Positions 1 to 12,034 of a stretch of 64,000 bases of DNA are shown piece by piece. Both the position numbers and the translations under genes were made by a program. The stretch comes from the human T2T-CHM13v2.0 reference genome, Homo sapiens. The stretch lies in the NCBI RefSeq assembly GCF_009914755.1, contig NC_060937.1; one strand, given 5' to 3'. Every line of letters begins with the position of its first letter. The first letter of the stretch is position 1. The notes beneath the pieces are model-generated. The model made no database searches, was not told the origin of the DNA, and saw only the letters and a list, made by a program, of their open reading frames with translations.

Positions 1-627
1 AGTAATATGCCCAAGTATATTAGTGGTTTTCTTATAGGGAATAGACTAAAATTCTTGCCTATTTTTCATGATGTTATTTGACATTAAGGAAATCTGTTCC
101 AGGTGGCTCTGATCTTGATCTGACAGCAAGAAATGTTGCCAGTGCTCCAAATGGGATCTCGTCATCAAAGATATCTGGACTTTCAATGTGTGGTTAATAA
201 AACACCTTCCACATTAACAGGAAATACTCAATTCCTATAAAATGTATGGCTGAAATTGGTGAGCCCATCTGGACTCTAACAGTTGGCAAACCATCTTTTT
301 TTGTGTGTGTGTCTGTGTATGTTAGTGTGTGTGATAAATAAACAAGTGAATGTAAATCACAAAACCAAAGAACAAAAACATAATCTTGGAGATTAGCCCA
401 ACAAACTCCCCATGTGACAGCAAACTTACTGATAGTGCTACCAGATTGATCTGATTTTCTAGATTATTTTATCTAACGCGCAGAAAAGGAACTGGCTCTT
501 TGACAGAAGAATTTCCAGGTTGTATGGATATTTGGGGATCCCAGGGAAAAATCATTGACTTCTTAATGATAATAGCAGGTGACCATTTAGCTATTGGAAA
601 AATTTAAAAGACTAAGTCATAAACAAT

Positions 628-985
628 TGTATTAGTCTATTGTCACACTGCTAATAAGGACATACCCAAAACTAGGTAACTTATAAAGGAAAGAGGTTTC
701 TTTGACTCACAGTTCCACCTGGCTGAGGAGTCCTCACAATTATGGCAGAAGGTAAAGGAGGAGCAAAGTCACATCATGCATGGTGGCAGGCAAAAGAGAG
801 CATGTGCAGGGGAACTCTCCATTATAAAACCATCACACCTTGTGAGACTTACTATCATGAGAACAGCATAAGACTGGACCCCATGATTCAATTACCTCCC
901 ACCAGGTCTCTCCTACAACACGTAGGAATTATGGGAGCTACAATTTCAGATGAGATTTGGGTGGGAACAAAGCCAAACCATATCA
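628..985 (-). mobile_element. THE1-family MaLR solo LTR (THE1C/D-like)
   Basis: Runs TGTATTAGTC...GAGATTTGGGTGGG...CCAAACCATATCA, the reverse complement of the THE1 LTR (TGATATGGTTTGG...TAATACA). It is flanked by a perfect 5-bp TSD ACAAT (623-627 and 986-990). Confidence 0.93.
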
Positions 986-1076
986 ACAATATATACAAAA
1001 TATACTTGAAGGTAATTTATAGAATATCAATTTTTCTAACAATCACTTTGATAAAATCAAGGGATTGCATTAAAGG

Positions 1077-1635
1077 TGCATTAATTCTTCTATTGTTGTA
1101 TAACAAATTACAACAATCTTAGCTTAAAATAGCATTCGTTTATTAGCTCGTCATCTGTGGATCAGAAGTCAGTGTTTGGGTTCTTTGCTTAGGTTGACAT
1201 CAATGTAGGGACTTGCTGCATGCTCATGTGCAGTTTAGGATTCTCCTCCAAGCTCATTCCAGTATTGGTAGAATTTGGTTCCTTAAAGTTGAGGACTTAA
1301 TTCCTGTTTTCTTTCTGCCATCAGCTGGGGACTGCTGTCTGTATCTAGAGGCCACTTTTAGTACATATCCTGATGTTTCCTCTATCTCAGCAAGAGGGAA
1401 TTTCAATGTATTGAATCCCTCTCATTATTTGAATCTCTCAGACATCTCCTGTTGCAACCAGTTTAAGAGAACTCTGCTTGAGGGGGAACTGATAATTACA
1501 TCAAGTCCACCCAGGTAATATCTCTATTTTACCATCAACTGAATCATTAGCTGAGTTACACCTACAGAATCTCTTTTGCCATATCATGTTACATAATACT
1601 AGGAGGCAAAGATCATTAACATTCTGCCTACCATA
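1077..1635 (-). mobile_element. MLT1-family MaLR LTR (old)
   Basis: MLT1-like opening 'attgttgtataacaaattacaacaatcttagcttaaaa...tttattagctc...ctgtggatcagaagtc' and terminus 'attctgcctaccata'. Confidence 0.7.
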
Positions 1636-1687
1636 GAAAACAAACTACCTAAGATAAAAAGCTTAATATAAAATCCATTAGTCCCTT

Positions 1688-1881
1688 TCAGACTGTTTGT
1701 GCTGTTACTGCAAAATACCAGAGATTGAGAAATTTATAAAGAACAGAAATTTATTGTCTTGCAATTCTGGAGACTCAGAAGTCAGAGATCAAGGTGCCAG
1801 CATCTGGTGACAACCTTCTTGTTGCATCTTCATAGGGGAGAAAGTAAAAGGGCAGCCAAACAGACCCTGTCTGAAGTTTTG

Positions 1882-1913
<32 letters not shown>

Positions 1914-2037
1914 TCCTTTAATCTCATTCACGAGGGAGAAGCCTTCATGGACTAATTACGTTTTAAAGGTCCCATTTCTTAATACTATTATATTGACAAT
2001 GCCTGAATTTTGAAGAAGAAACATTCAAAGCATAGCA
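1688..2037 (-). mobile_element. MST/MLT1A-type MaLR LTR
   Basis: 'aaaatacca...tttataaagaacagaaatttattgtc...ttctggag...agatcaaggtgccagcatctggtga' and terminus 'acattcaaagcatagca'. Contains an expanded T tract at ~1877-1910. Confidence 0.8.
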
Positions 2038-3394
2038 GTCTATCATCAATGATTTCTGGATGTTGATCAGTAATTTTGTAGTTGAGGATAGTACTTTGGG
2101 CTTAACTCTGCAACAATTAATTGCTATTTGAATAAATTGCAATTTGCAAAGACCTAAACATAATCATATTAAAGGATTAAATAATGTAACAATACTTATA
2201 AGACAGTGTGTAGACTATCTTATAGTCTTTGTATATCTTATCTATAATTCAAGTAATAAAAATTGGTATATTTGTAACATATTTGTCAACTTGCATTCAG
2301 GTACAAATGCAGAATGACAAATCATAAAATATTCTATAGACCTGTGATAAAATTTCCCATTTAGCTAAAGTATTTATATTTGTGGAAAGCAGCATTTATA
2401 ATTTTAGAAAAGGGAAATTGGGAAAGAAGTCCATTTGTGTATTTCAAACTAAAATGTATTATTAATTTTATCACATAAGCAGATTAATTTGCTTGGAGGA
2501 CAAATATTCTCTTTTCAGAATTACATTACTTTTTATTTGCCCTTAGGAGAAAAGCATTAAAAACACTTATACTTACAAATATATTTTAATACCAAATCAG
2601 AGCAGGTTAAGTTAGAAGTTAAATAAACTTCATATTTATTTAGTAAGGGAAAACTATTGCATTAAAAATTTGTTTTCCAACAAAATAAATCATGAGTATG
2701 TTGATGATGAGATTGTTTGGATTAGATTTTATTTCTATTTTTAAATGCCTTTAATGAGAAATAATTTCTTCACTGAAACTCACTTATATTAGTATTCCAT
2801 TTGCTTGTTAAAACCTAATTTGGAGTTAGTCATATATTTTATGATATGTTTATTTTTTCCATTTCATTTTATGTTCTCTTTAAAGAATGATTAATGTTTA
2901 ATTCCCCGTATATCGTAGACTATAGTGGTAGAGGTGTTTCAACTAAAATATTATAAATTCAATAAACAGTAAGTATAATATAAAAATTCCAATACATTAT
3001 ATTTTTAGTCATATCCAGGTATTCACAATTAGTTATATTTTAACTTTTTTTTGCTTGATCAGTGAAAATGTAAATTATTATGTGTGTAAGTCATTCAACC
3101 TCTTTTATATCCACCTTTAGAAATAAATAATATTCATTTAAATTATTAAATATTTTGTTAAATAAAAAGTTATCCAAAGTGCAGAATTATTTCTCCACCA
3201 AATTCAGTTTTCACATTGGAAAAAATTCTCAAAATATCTGTGAATTTATTTAGGATGTTATGGCAGGACCATCTCATGCCTCATTGACTTAGTAAGTGTA
3301 ATATTAATACTATATTTTAGTTGGATTGAAAGTAGTAATTTTGCTATACATATATATGTGCACACATATGCATATATATATTCAATTTGAAGAT

Positions 3395-3460
3395 ATCTAC
3401 ATCTATCATCTATTTATTATCTATCTTTCTATCTATCTATCTATCAACTACGTATCTAGA
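3395..3460. repeat. Imperfect (CTAT)n tetranucleotide repeat
   Basis: atctatc/ctatctatctatc units read directly. Confidence 0.75.
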
Positions 3461-3699
3461 TATCTGACAAAATTTTCAAGAGAAATTGGGCTTCTATTTT
3501 TCTTAGAAGACTTACACTCTCTTCTGCATAAAATCTGCTCAGTTGCTGTTTATTAAACCCTACAACCATTTCTTTTTATCACTCCTTTGATGTTAAATAT
3601 CTGCTTTGTAAAACTATCTTAATATTTTATATTTATTTGTGTGGTATCTTCTTCCCTGGTCAAAAGGCTGTGCTTATAGATAAAATTAAGAATTACTAG

Positions 3700-4030
3700 G
3701 GTGATATTCTCAAAATGGTAGAGTAAGGAGCTCCAAACTCATTCCGTTACAGACAAAATGAAAAAAAAAATCAGAAATTATCATAACTAAATTGTTAAAA
3801 CTTTGGAAAACAGTAAACATTGGCAGCATCTAAGAAAACACCAGATAGAGAAAGAGACAACTTTGACATGGTAGGAAAGATTTTTGACATTTATATTTTC
3901 CCTTGAAGTAGTTCCTTTCTATTGCAATGGCAGACTTGAAGCAGCAGCAGTCTGTATTTCCAGTATGAGACCTTAGTTCCTGGTTCTAAAGAGACCAGAA
4001 CACCCTAATTCACAGATTATTAGGTAAGTC
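3700..4030 (+). mobile_element. Old L1M 5' UTR fragment
   Basis: 'ctcaaaatggtagagtaaggagctcc...aaaactttggaaaacagtaa' resembles ancient L1M 5' ends. It is probably part of the same host element as 7285-9830. Confidence 0.5.
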
Positions 4031-4788
4031 TGTTTTCTTTCTTATTTAAAAAAGATATATCATGTATATTATAGATATATGTTGTTTCGATATACATATA
4101 GTATTTTGATATACATATAGTGAACCTATTTATATTCAAGTAAATTGTCATAGCATCATCCCACATAGTTAGCCACTTTTTGTGTGCATCAGGAATACCT
4201 AAAAACTATTCTTTTGCAAAAATCCCAAATATAACACACAATATTATTAACTATAGTCCCCCTGTTGTACAGTACAACCCTGGACTTACTCATCCCACCT
4301 ATCTACAACTTTGTACACTTGGACCTACATTTTTTCATTTTCTCCCATCCCCTACCCCTGGTAGACACATTTTTTTTTTTTTTTGAGAATTCACAAATAA
4401 GTGAGATCAGGCAATATTTTTCTTTCTGATTTTTGGCTTATTTCACTTAGGGTGTGGTCCTATAGTTTCATCCATATAGTCACAAATGAAAGGATTTCTG
4501 CATTTATAAAGGCTGAATAATTTTCCATTGTGTATGTGTGTGTGTGTATTCATGTATATGTACATGACATTTTCCTTATCTATTCTTTTATTGATGGAAA
4601 CAGGTTGTTTTCATATCTTGGCTATTGTGAAGAATTCTCTAATGAACATGGGAATGGAGATATTCCTTGGAGATATTGATTTCATGTCTTTTGAATATAT
4701 TCCAGGGGGATGGCTGAATCACATGGAATTCTATTTTTAAGTTTTTAGGAGCCCCCATATTGTTTTCCTAAATGGCTGTACTAAATTA

Positions 4789-4840
4789 TTAGGTTGGTGC
4801 AAAAGTAATTGCAGTTTTTGACAGTAATTGACAAAAGCTA
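4789..4840. mobile_element. MADE1 (Hsmar1-derived MITE), partial
   Basis: TTAGGTTGGTGCAAAAGTAATTGCAGTTTTTG is the Hsmar1/MADE1 terminal inverted repeat, preceded by TA. The right-hand TIR is mostly missing. Confidence 0.85.
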
Positions 4841-6815
4841 CCTTGAGTTGATTTTTGTGTATGGTGTGAGATAAGGTTCAAATTTTATTCTTCTGCATGT
4901 GGATATCCAGTTTTCCCAACATCATACATTAAAGACACCACTGTTTTCCTACTATGTGATCTTGGCCCTTTTGTCGAGGATGAACTTATCATAAATGTAC
5001 GGATTTATTTCTGGGCTCTCTATTCTGTTTCTTTGTTCTATGTGTCTGTTACTATGCCAGTACTACACTATTTTGATTACTACAGCTTTTGAGTATATTT
5101 TAAGATTAGGTAGTGTGATACTTTCAGCTTTGTTCTTCTTGGCTATTTGTGTTTTGTTGTGGTTCTGTACTAATTTTTTGATTATATTTTTGTTTACTTT
5201 TGTGAAAAACACTATTGTAATGCTATAGGGTTTTTATTGGATTTATAGATTACTTTGGGTAGTATGGACATTTTAACAATACCTGTATTAATTCTTCCAA
5301 TCCATGAACACAGGATATCTTTTCATTTATTTGTGTCTTCTTTAATTTTTAATCAATGTTTTACAGCTTTCTGTGTACAGATCTTTCACCTCCTTTGTTA
5401 AATTTACTCTTAATTGTTTGTGTGTGTGTGTCTGTGTGTGTTGATGCTATTGTGATGCAATTATTTTCTTGATTTATGTTTTGGATGTGTTATTATTGAT
5501 TTAGAGAAACAGGAATGATATTTGCATAACGATTTTCTAGCCTGCATCTTTACTAAATTCATCGATTAGAACAAATAGTTTTTTGTGGACCCTTTAGTGT
5601 TTTTATATATAAGATTATGTCATCTGCAAACAGAGACAATTTTATTTCTTCCTTTACTAATTGTGTTCCTTTTATTTCTTTTTTTTTTTAAACCTAATTT
5701 TTCTGGCAGGGACTCCCAATAGTATATTGAATAGAAGTGATGAGAATGGACATCTTTGTCTTGTGCTTAATTTTAGAGGAAAAAGTCTTAGCATTTTACT
5801 GTTCAATATGAAGTTATATGTTGGCTTGTAATATGTGACTTTTATTATGTTGAGGTATATTTCTTCTATACTTAATTTATTCAGTGTTTTTGTTATGAAA
5901 TTATGTTGAATTTTTTAATGCTCTATCTGCATCTATTGAGATGATTACATTGTTTTGTCCTCTATTCTGTTAATGTGGTGTGTCACATTTATGTATTTTC
6001 ATATATTGAACCATCCTTGCATCTCTGGGATAAATAACCTTTGATCAGGATGTACAATCCTGCTAATGTGTTGCTTTTAGTTAGTATTTTGCTGAACATT
6101 TTTGTATCTATTTTCTTTAGAGATGTTGGTCTGTAGTGTTCTTTTTGTAGTGTCTTTAACTTTCAGAGTAATGTTGGACTCATAAAATTTGTTTGGAAGT
6201 ATTCTCTTGTCTTCAATTTTTTGGTTTAATGTGAGAAAGATTGTAGTTAATCCTCTAAAGGTTTGGCAGAATTCAGAATGGTCTGGGCTCTTTTTTGATA
6301 AAATACTTTTGATTATAGATTTAATCTCCTTAGTCTTTATTAGTCTGTTCATGTATTCTATTTGTTCATTATTCAATCTGTCTAGATTGTCTGGGTCCTG
6401 GAATGCATTTATTTCTTCTAGGTTATCCAATTTGTTAGTGTATAATTGTTTATAGTGGTCTCTTATGATCCTTTGTATTTCTGTAGTAACAGTTATAATG
6501 TTTCCTTTTTCTTTCTGATTTTAGTTGAGTCTTCTCTTTTTTCCACTTTGTTTAAAGGTTTGTTCATTTTGTTTATCTTTTCAAAAAAGCTAACTCTTAT
6601 TTTATTGATCTTTTACATTGTTTTTGTAGTCTCTATTTCATTTTATTCTGCTCTGATCTTTGTTTTTCCTTCCTTCTGTTAACTTTAGGCTTACACATTT
6701 TTTTAGTTCATTGAGGTTTAAAGGTCAGTTGCATATTTGAGATATTTCTTTTCTTGTTTTAGGTTTTGATTGATATCAAATTTAATATTAGAATGGCTTT
6801 TTATGCATCCAGTAA

Positions 6816-7171
<356 letters not shown>

Positions 7172-7284
7172 AATTTTTTGATTTTTTTTCTTTGACCCAT
7201 CAGTCTTCCAAGAATATGTTATTTAATATCCTCATGTTTTTGAATTTTCTAATTTTCCCTTTCATATTAGCTTCTAGTCAGTGA

Positions 7285-9830
7285 TATACCTTCTTCAAGA
7301 GATTCACTTAGGTCCAGAGAAACAAATAATTACAACAGAACAGAATAAAACAAATATTCCATATGAATAGTAACTAAAAGTTAGCTGGATAGCTGTACTA
7401 ATATAATAATAGTCTATATTAATAAACAAGTTAATATAGACAATTATAGACAAGAATAGTCTATAATAACAGACAAAGTAAACTTTAAGGAAACTCATTA
7501 CAAGAGATCAAAAAGGAACTGGTGTATTGATAAAAGGCTCCATTCATTAGAAAAGTGAAACAATTATATACATGCATGCAACTAACATCATAGCCCACAA
7601 AATCATAAAACAAGCAGGAAAATATAAAAAGCAAACATTGACAGAATGGAAGGGAGAAAAAAGCAGTTCTACAATAAAAGTGGAGACTTCAATATTACAT
7701 TTTTAACCAGGGATACACACTGACAGAGTAGATCAAAGAGTAAACGGAGCACTTGAACAACACTATAAACCCAATAGAGATATGTAGGACACGTCAGTCA
7801 ACAACTGCAGGAAATACTTTCTTCTCACTTGCATGTAGGGCATTCTCCAGGACAAACCATTTCTTAGTCCACAAAACAAATTTCAATAAATATATTTTAA
7901 AGATCCAATCATATAAAGTATGTTCTTGAATAACAATGGGATGAAGTTAGAAATTAACAGAATGAAAACTGGATAATTCATAAACATGTGAAAATTAAAC
8001 AAAACATTCTTAAATGACTATGGGTCAATGAAAAAAATCACAAGAGAAACAAGAAAATAGGGAGGAATGACAACAAATCCACAGCCCACCAAAACTTACT
8101 GGATGCAGTGATGGCAGTGTTCCGTGGAAATTTGTAACTATAATACTTACATTTTAAAATACTCAAACAAATAACTTAATTCAGTACTTTGAAGGGATAA
8201 AAATGAAGTGAAAAATAACTCAAAACTAGGTTAAGGACAAAAAGAGTAAAGACTACATTCAAAATAATAGATTCCAAGTAAAATCAAAAGATTGTTATTT
8301 GAACAAATCAGCAAAATTGACAAATCTTTAGCTAGAGTGACAAATTAAGAGCAAAGACACAAAATAATATCAGAACTGAAAGTGGGAATATTATTACTGG
8401 CCTTAAATAAATCAAACAAGTGTAATATAATACTTACAGTAATTGAACACCAAAAAACTAGGTAACCTATATGACTGGACAGATTCCCAGAAATAGACAC
8501 GAAATTATTCAGGAAGAAATAAAAATACTGAACATACCTATAACAAGTAAAGACATTGAATTAGTAATCACAACACCTCACAAAAAAGAAAAGTCCAGGA
8601 ACAGATGGTTTTACTCATGAATTCTACCAAACATTTAATAAAGATTTAACACCAGTTCTGAAACTCTTCCAAAACATAAACGGAGAGGAAATATTCCATA
8701 AGTCATTGTATGAAGCCATAGTTATCCTGACAACAAAGCCAAAGGTATGGAAAAAATCTATAGACTAAATATCCATTATGAATATTAGTGTAAAAACATA
8801 AACGGAGAGGAAATATTCCATAAGTCATTGTATGAAGCCATAGTTATCCTGACAGCAAAGCCAGATAAAGGAATGGAAAAAAATCTATAGACCAAATATC
8901 CATTATGAACACTAGTGTAAAAGTTCTTAGTAAAGTCTTAGCAAACTGAATCCAACAGCATATACACAAGGATTATATGCTATGATCAAATGAGACTCAT
9001 ATGAGGAATACAAATGTGATTCAACATTAGAAAAATCATTTATTTAATGCATTACAATAGCCAAACAAAACAATAAACACTCATCATTATCTCAGTTGCT
9101 GCAAGAAAGATATTTGACAATACTAAATACCTTTTCATGATGCATGGCAATAATGATACCAAACTGCATTTCAGTTGACTCTATTATTTTTTCAGATTCT
9201 CTACAGACGGTGCAGCCTAATATCTCCCAGACTAGCACTTCCCATGGCCCTGCATTTGGGGCCTCACTGCCTGGTAGAAATGAAGGTCAGTGTTCGAAAG
9301 TATTTAAAGAATCCTGCCAATCCCTATTTTATCTATGAATGTCACCTGTCATAAAGAAACTTTTAGCAGAAACATTTTTCACAGCTTCTGAGAGGTCTTG
9401 TGGGGGCCTTTGCCATAAAGTGCTCCTGTTGAGCTCACGATATCTGTAAGCTGATGCCCTGGGTTTGTCCCAAATGATGCCTCCCACCCATTCATCAGCA
9501 GGACAGCCACATGCCTATGCCCCATCTCCACATACAAAAACCAAGACTACAAGGGAACTTCCTCAACATGAATAGGGGCACTTATTCAATCCAAGCTAAC
9601 TTCATATTCATTGTTGTAAGACTGGAAGTATTACCTGTAAGATTATAAATGTCCACTTTCACCACTGTTATTCAATATTGTACTAGAAGATATACTCAAA
9701 GCAATTAGAAAAGTAAAAAGTAATAAAAGGCATCTAAATTAGAAATGAAGACTTAAAACTATCTGTCTTTGCAAAGTACACAATAAAAAATCTACAATAA
9801 ATCAAATAGGCCTAACTAACAAATTCAACA
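7285..9830 (+). mobile_element. Old L1M ORF2 remnant (endonuclease to RT region)
   Basis: Degenerate ORF2 motifs: 'ggagacttcaata', 'cattctccaggacaaaccat', 'gaaaagtccaggaacagatggttttactcatgaattctaccaaacattta', 'agcaaactgaatccaacagcatata'. Contains a 122-bp tandem duplication and a ~390-bp foreign insert. Confidence 0.85.
8671..8922 (+). repeat. Tandem duplication, ~122-bp unit x2, inside L1
   Basis: 'aaaacataaacggagaggaaatattccataagtcattgtatgaagccatagttatcctgac...tagtgtaaaa' occurs at 8671 and again at ~8793 with few differences. Confidence 0.95.
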
Positions 9831-10249
9831 AAGTTTGTCACCCTCCATGGGATGTGTATTAAAAACAATTTTGTCTGTAATAAATTTAGAAATATAATAT
9901 GGTGTGTAAAAGCAGACAGGAGTTGTACATGATCAGCTAGATGGACAGATTTATATATGGGAATGGGGCCAATAAAACAAAATATTTAACGTTATACACT
10001 AGAATAGATTCATGTGAGTCATTGTCCAAAGAAAAATCATGACTTTACAAAATGCAGCAACTTGGTGGTTGAGGAATACCATTGATTGGTCTTTTTATTT
10101 CCCTGCTGCTAATATGAAACCTACAGCTTGAAACAGAGGTCTTTGAGCCAACTTCTTCCAAACCTTATAATCGTATTCCACTGTTTTTAAGTAATTCTTT
10201 GATCACTAGTTAATTTGTTTACTTGATAACTGAGATGCATCCTTACATC

Positions 10250-10990
10250 TTTATGACTATAATTGTCACTGTTGAGCACATATTATGTATCAGCCATTGA
10301 GAGAAAATGGGGATAAAATGGTTACTCATAGACTGCCTTCATGAACATAATTTCTAGTGGAAGAGGCAGAGTGAAAACAAACAAAAAAGATAAAATAATG
10401 CAGGTTATAAATTATATTATATGCATGTATATAAACATATAGATATAAATATAATATTGAATATATTAATAAAAAACATATAAGATATATAAATAAATAT
10501 ATCTTAAAATATATTATATAATATTAAATATATAATAATAAATATTATATATTTATATCCTACTATGTATAATGTGTCCCAGTACAAAGTAAAAACTGTG
10601 ATGGGTGGAGATCTGTAAACTACAGAAGAGAGGAGAGGAAGGTGGAAACGTTTAATGTTTTGACCTTTAAATTTGTTGTCTTTTAGATGAAGTTGGTGAG
10701 GAATGGTCTGAAAGTGAGTAGGAAGGTTAACACCTATTCCATCTTCAGGCTTTTCAAGGGGTGCGTCAAACACTCACCATAAGGGCATTTGTATGGCCTA
10801 TACAGAAAGAGGTTTTCAAGGCCTCTGGATCATATGAGTGAGGATGCAAGACAGTAAAGGAAAGAGAATCCAAACAGTGATGGATTATGTGGGGGACTCG
10901 GACTTTTGGCAGTAACTATAGTAAATCAAGATTTAAAGCAAAACAGTATCGGCCCTAGATTCTCTTTGAGGAAGGCAATCATTCTTTACA
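10250..10990 (-). mobile_element. L2 LINE relic interrupted by AT-rich low-complexity tract (~10400-10570)
   Basis: L2 3'-end-like 'ttgagcacatattatgtatcagcca...ctgccttcatgaacataatttctagtggaagaggcaga', followed by purine-rich degenerate L2-like sequence. Confidence 0.5.
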
Positions 10991-11041
10991 TGCTGTCTAA
11001 CCAGCTCATTTGAAGGTAACAAATCGCTGGATGCAGTGTGT

Positions 11042-11067
11042 CACACACACACACACACACAAACACA
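11042..11067. repeat. (CA)n microsatellite
   Basis: cacacacacacacacacacaaacaca read directly. Confidence 0.9.
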
Positions 11068-12034
11068 ATGGCCTGTGCCAAAATATTCAGTCTTAAAATA
11101 ATTAACAACTTTTATTTACAAATTATTTGATTATCAGGTGAGAGTTTTTTTATCTGTAGGCTAGCTAGCTCACCAATTAGAGAAATTTACCACAGTTCCC
11201 CCTTAGTTGTATTTTAAGCAAAAATACTATCTAGGTTTAGCTCAAGGAATACATAAAATATTGTAGATAAAGGTATATACTTTTTAAAATATATTGGTGC
11301 CAGTAAGTATTGGGATAGTATCACAAGGGTCAATTATCTTTTTAACCAAAAAAGGCTTAATAAATATAAACAAACTAATGTATCATTAAATTATTTTACT
11401 TTTCAACCATTTATTGATGCTTTAAAATGGTTCATACATTTCATTAAATGTTAGGAATTAAAGTAATTGATTAGATTTTCATGGTCTTTATTTTTTATTA
11501 CAATCAACTAGGGGAGTTATGAAGAAAGATAAACCAAATAATACTAACACAAATGTATAGAAACATCTGTGGGGGAGACACTTAACTGAACCACAGAAAA
11601 TTAGGTATCAAGGAATTTTTTTAAATGATAGGAGATAATGTCTGATATGAATATTGAACAATGAGGAGGATTTAATTACAAGAATATAAGTAGATTATAC
11701 CAGGCTGAGTGGTCACCATGGACAATGATCTGAAGATGCAAAAGTATAATTCATTTGGAGAAATTAAATTAGGTAAATTAAGAGGTTAATGATGTTTAAT
11801 GAAGAGAGGTGAGATATAGCTTTGGAGGTAGATTGAGTACACAGATGGGAAGACATGGATTTAATTTCCAAGAAGATGGACTTCATTATTAAGAAAAAAG
11901 GGACACACTAGAAAACTAGTATAATATGAATTTAACTTATGTTTTATTTTAAGATATTTAATTGACAAATAGATATACATATTCCAGGTTAATTTAAACA
12001 ACAAAATAAAATAACTTGTTGATAGCGGTTTCAT

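Noticed and set aside
742-1518. ORFs of 126 and 101 aa
   Set aside because: They lie largely within THE1 and MLT1 LTRs, which are non-coding; these are chance ORFs.
2197-2240. Short inverted repeats (AGACTA-N5-TAGTCT; TATAAGA...TCTTATA)
   Set aside because: Stems of 6-7 bp in AT-rich DNA are expected by chance.
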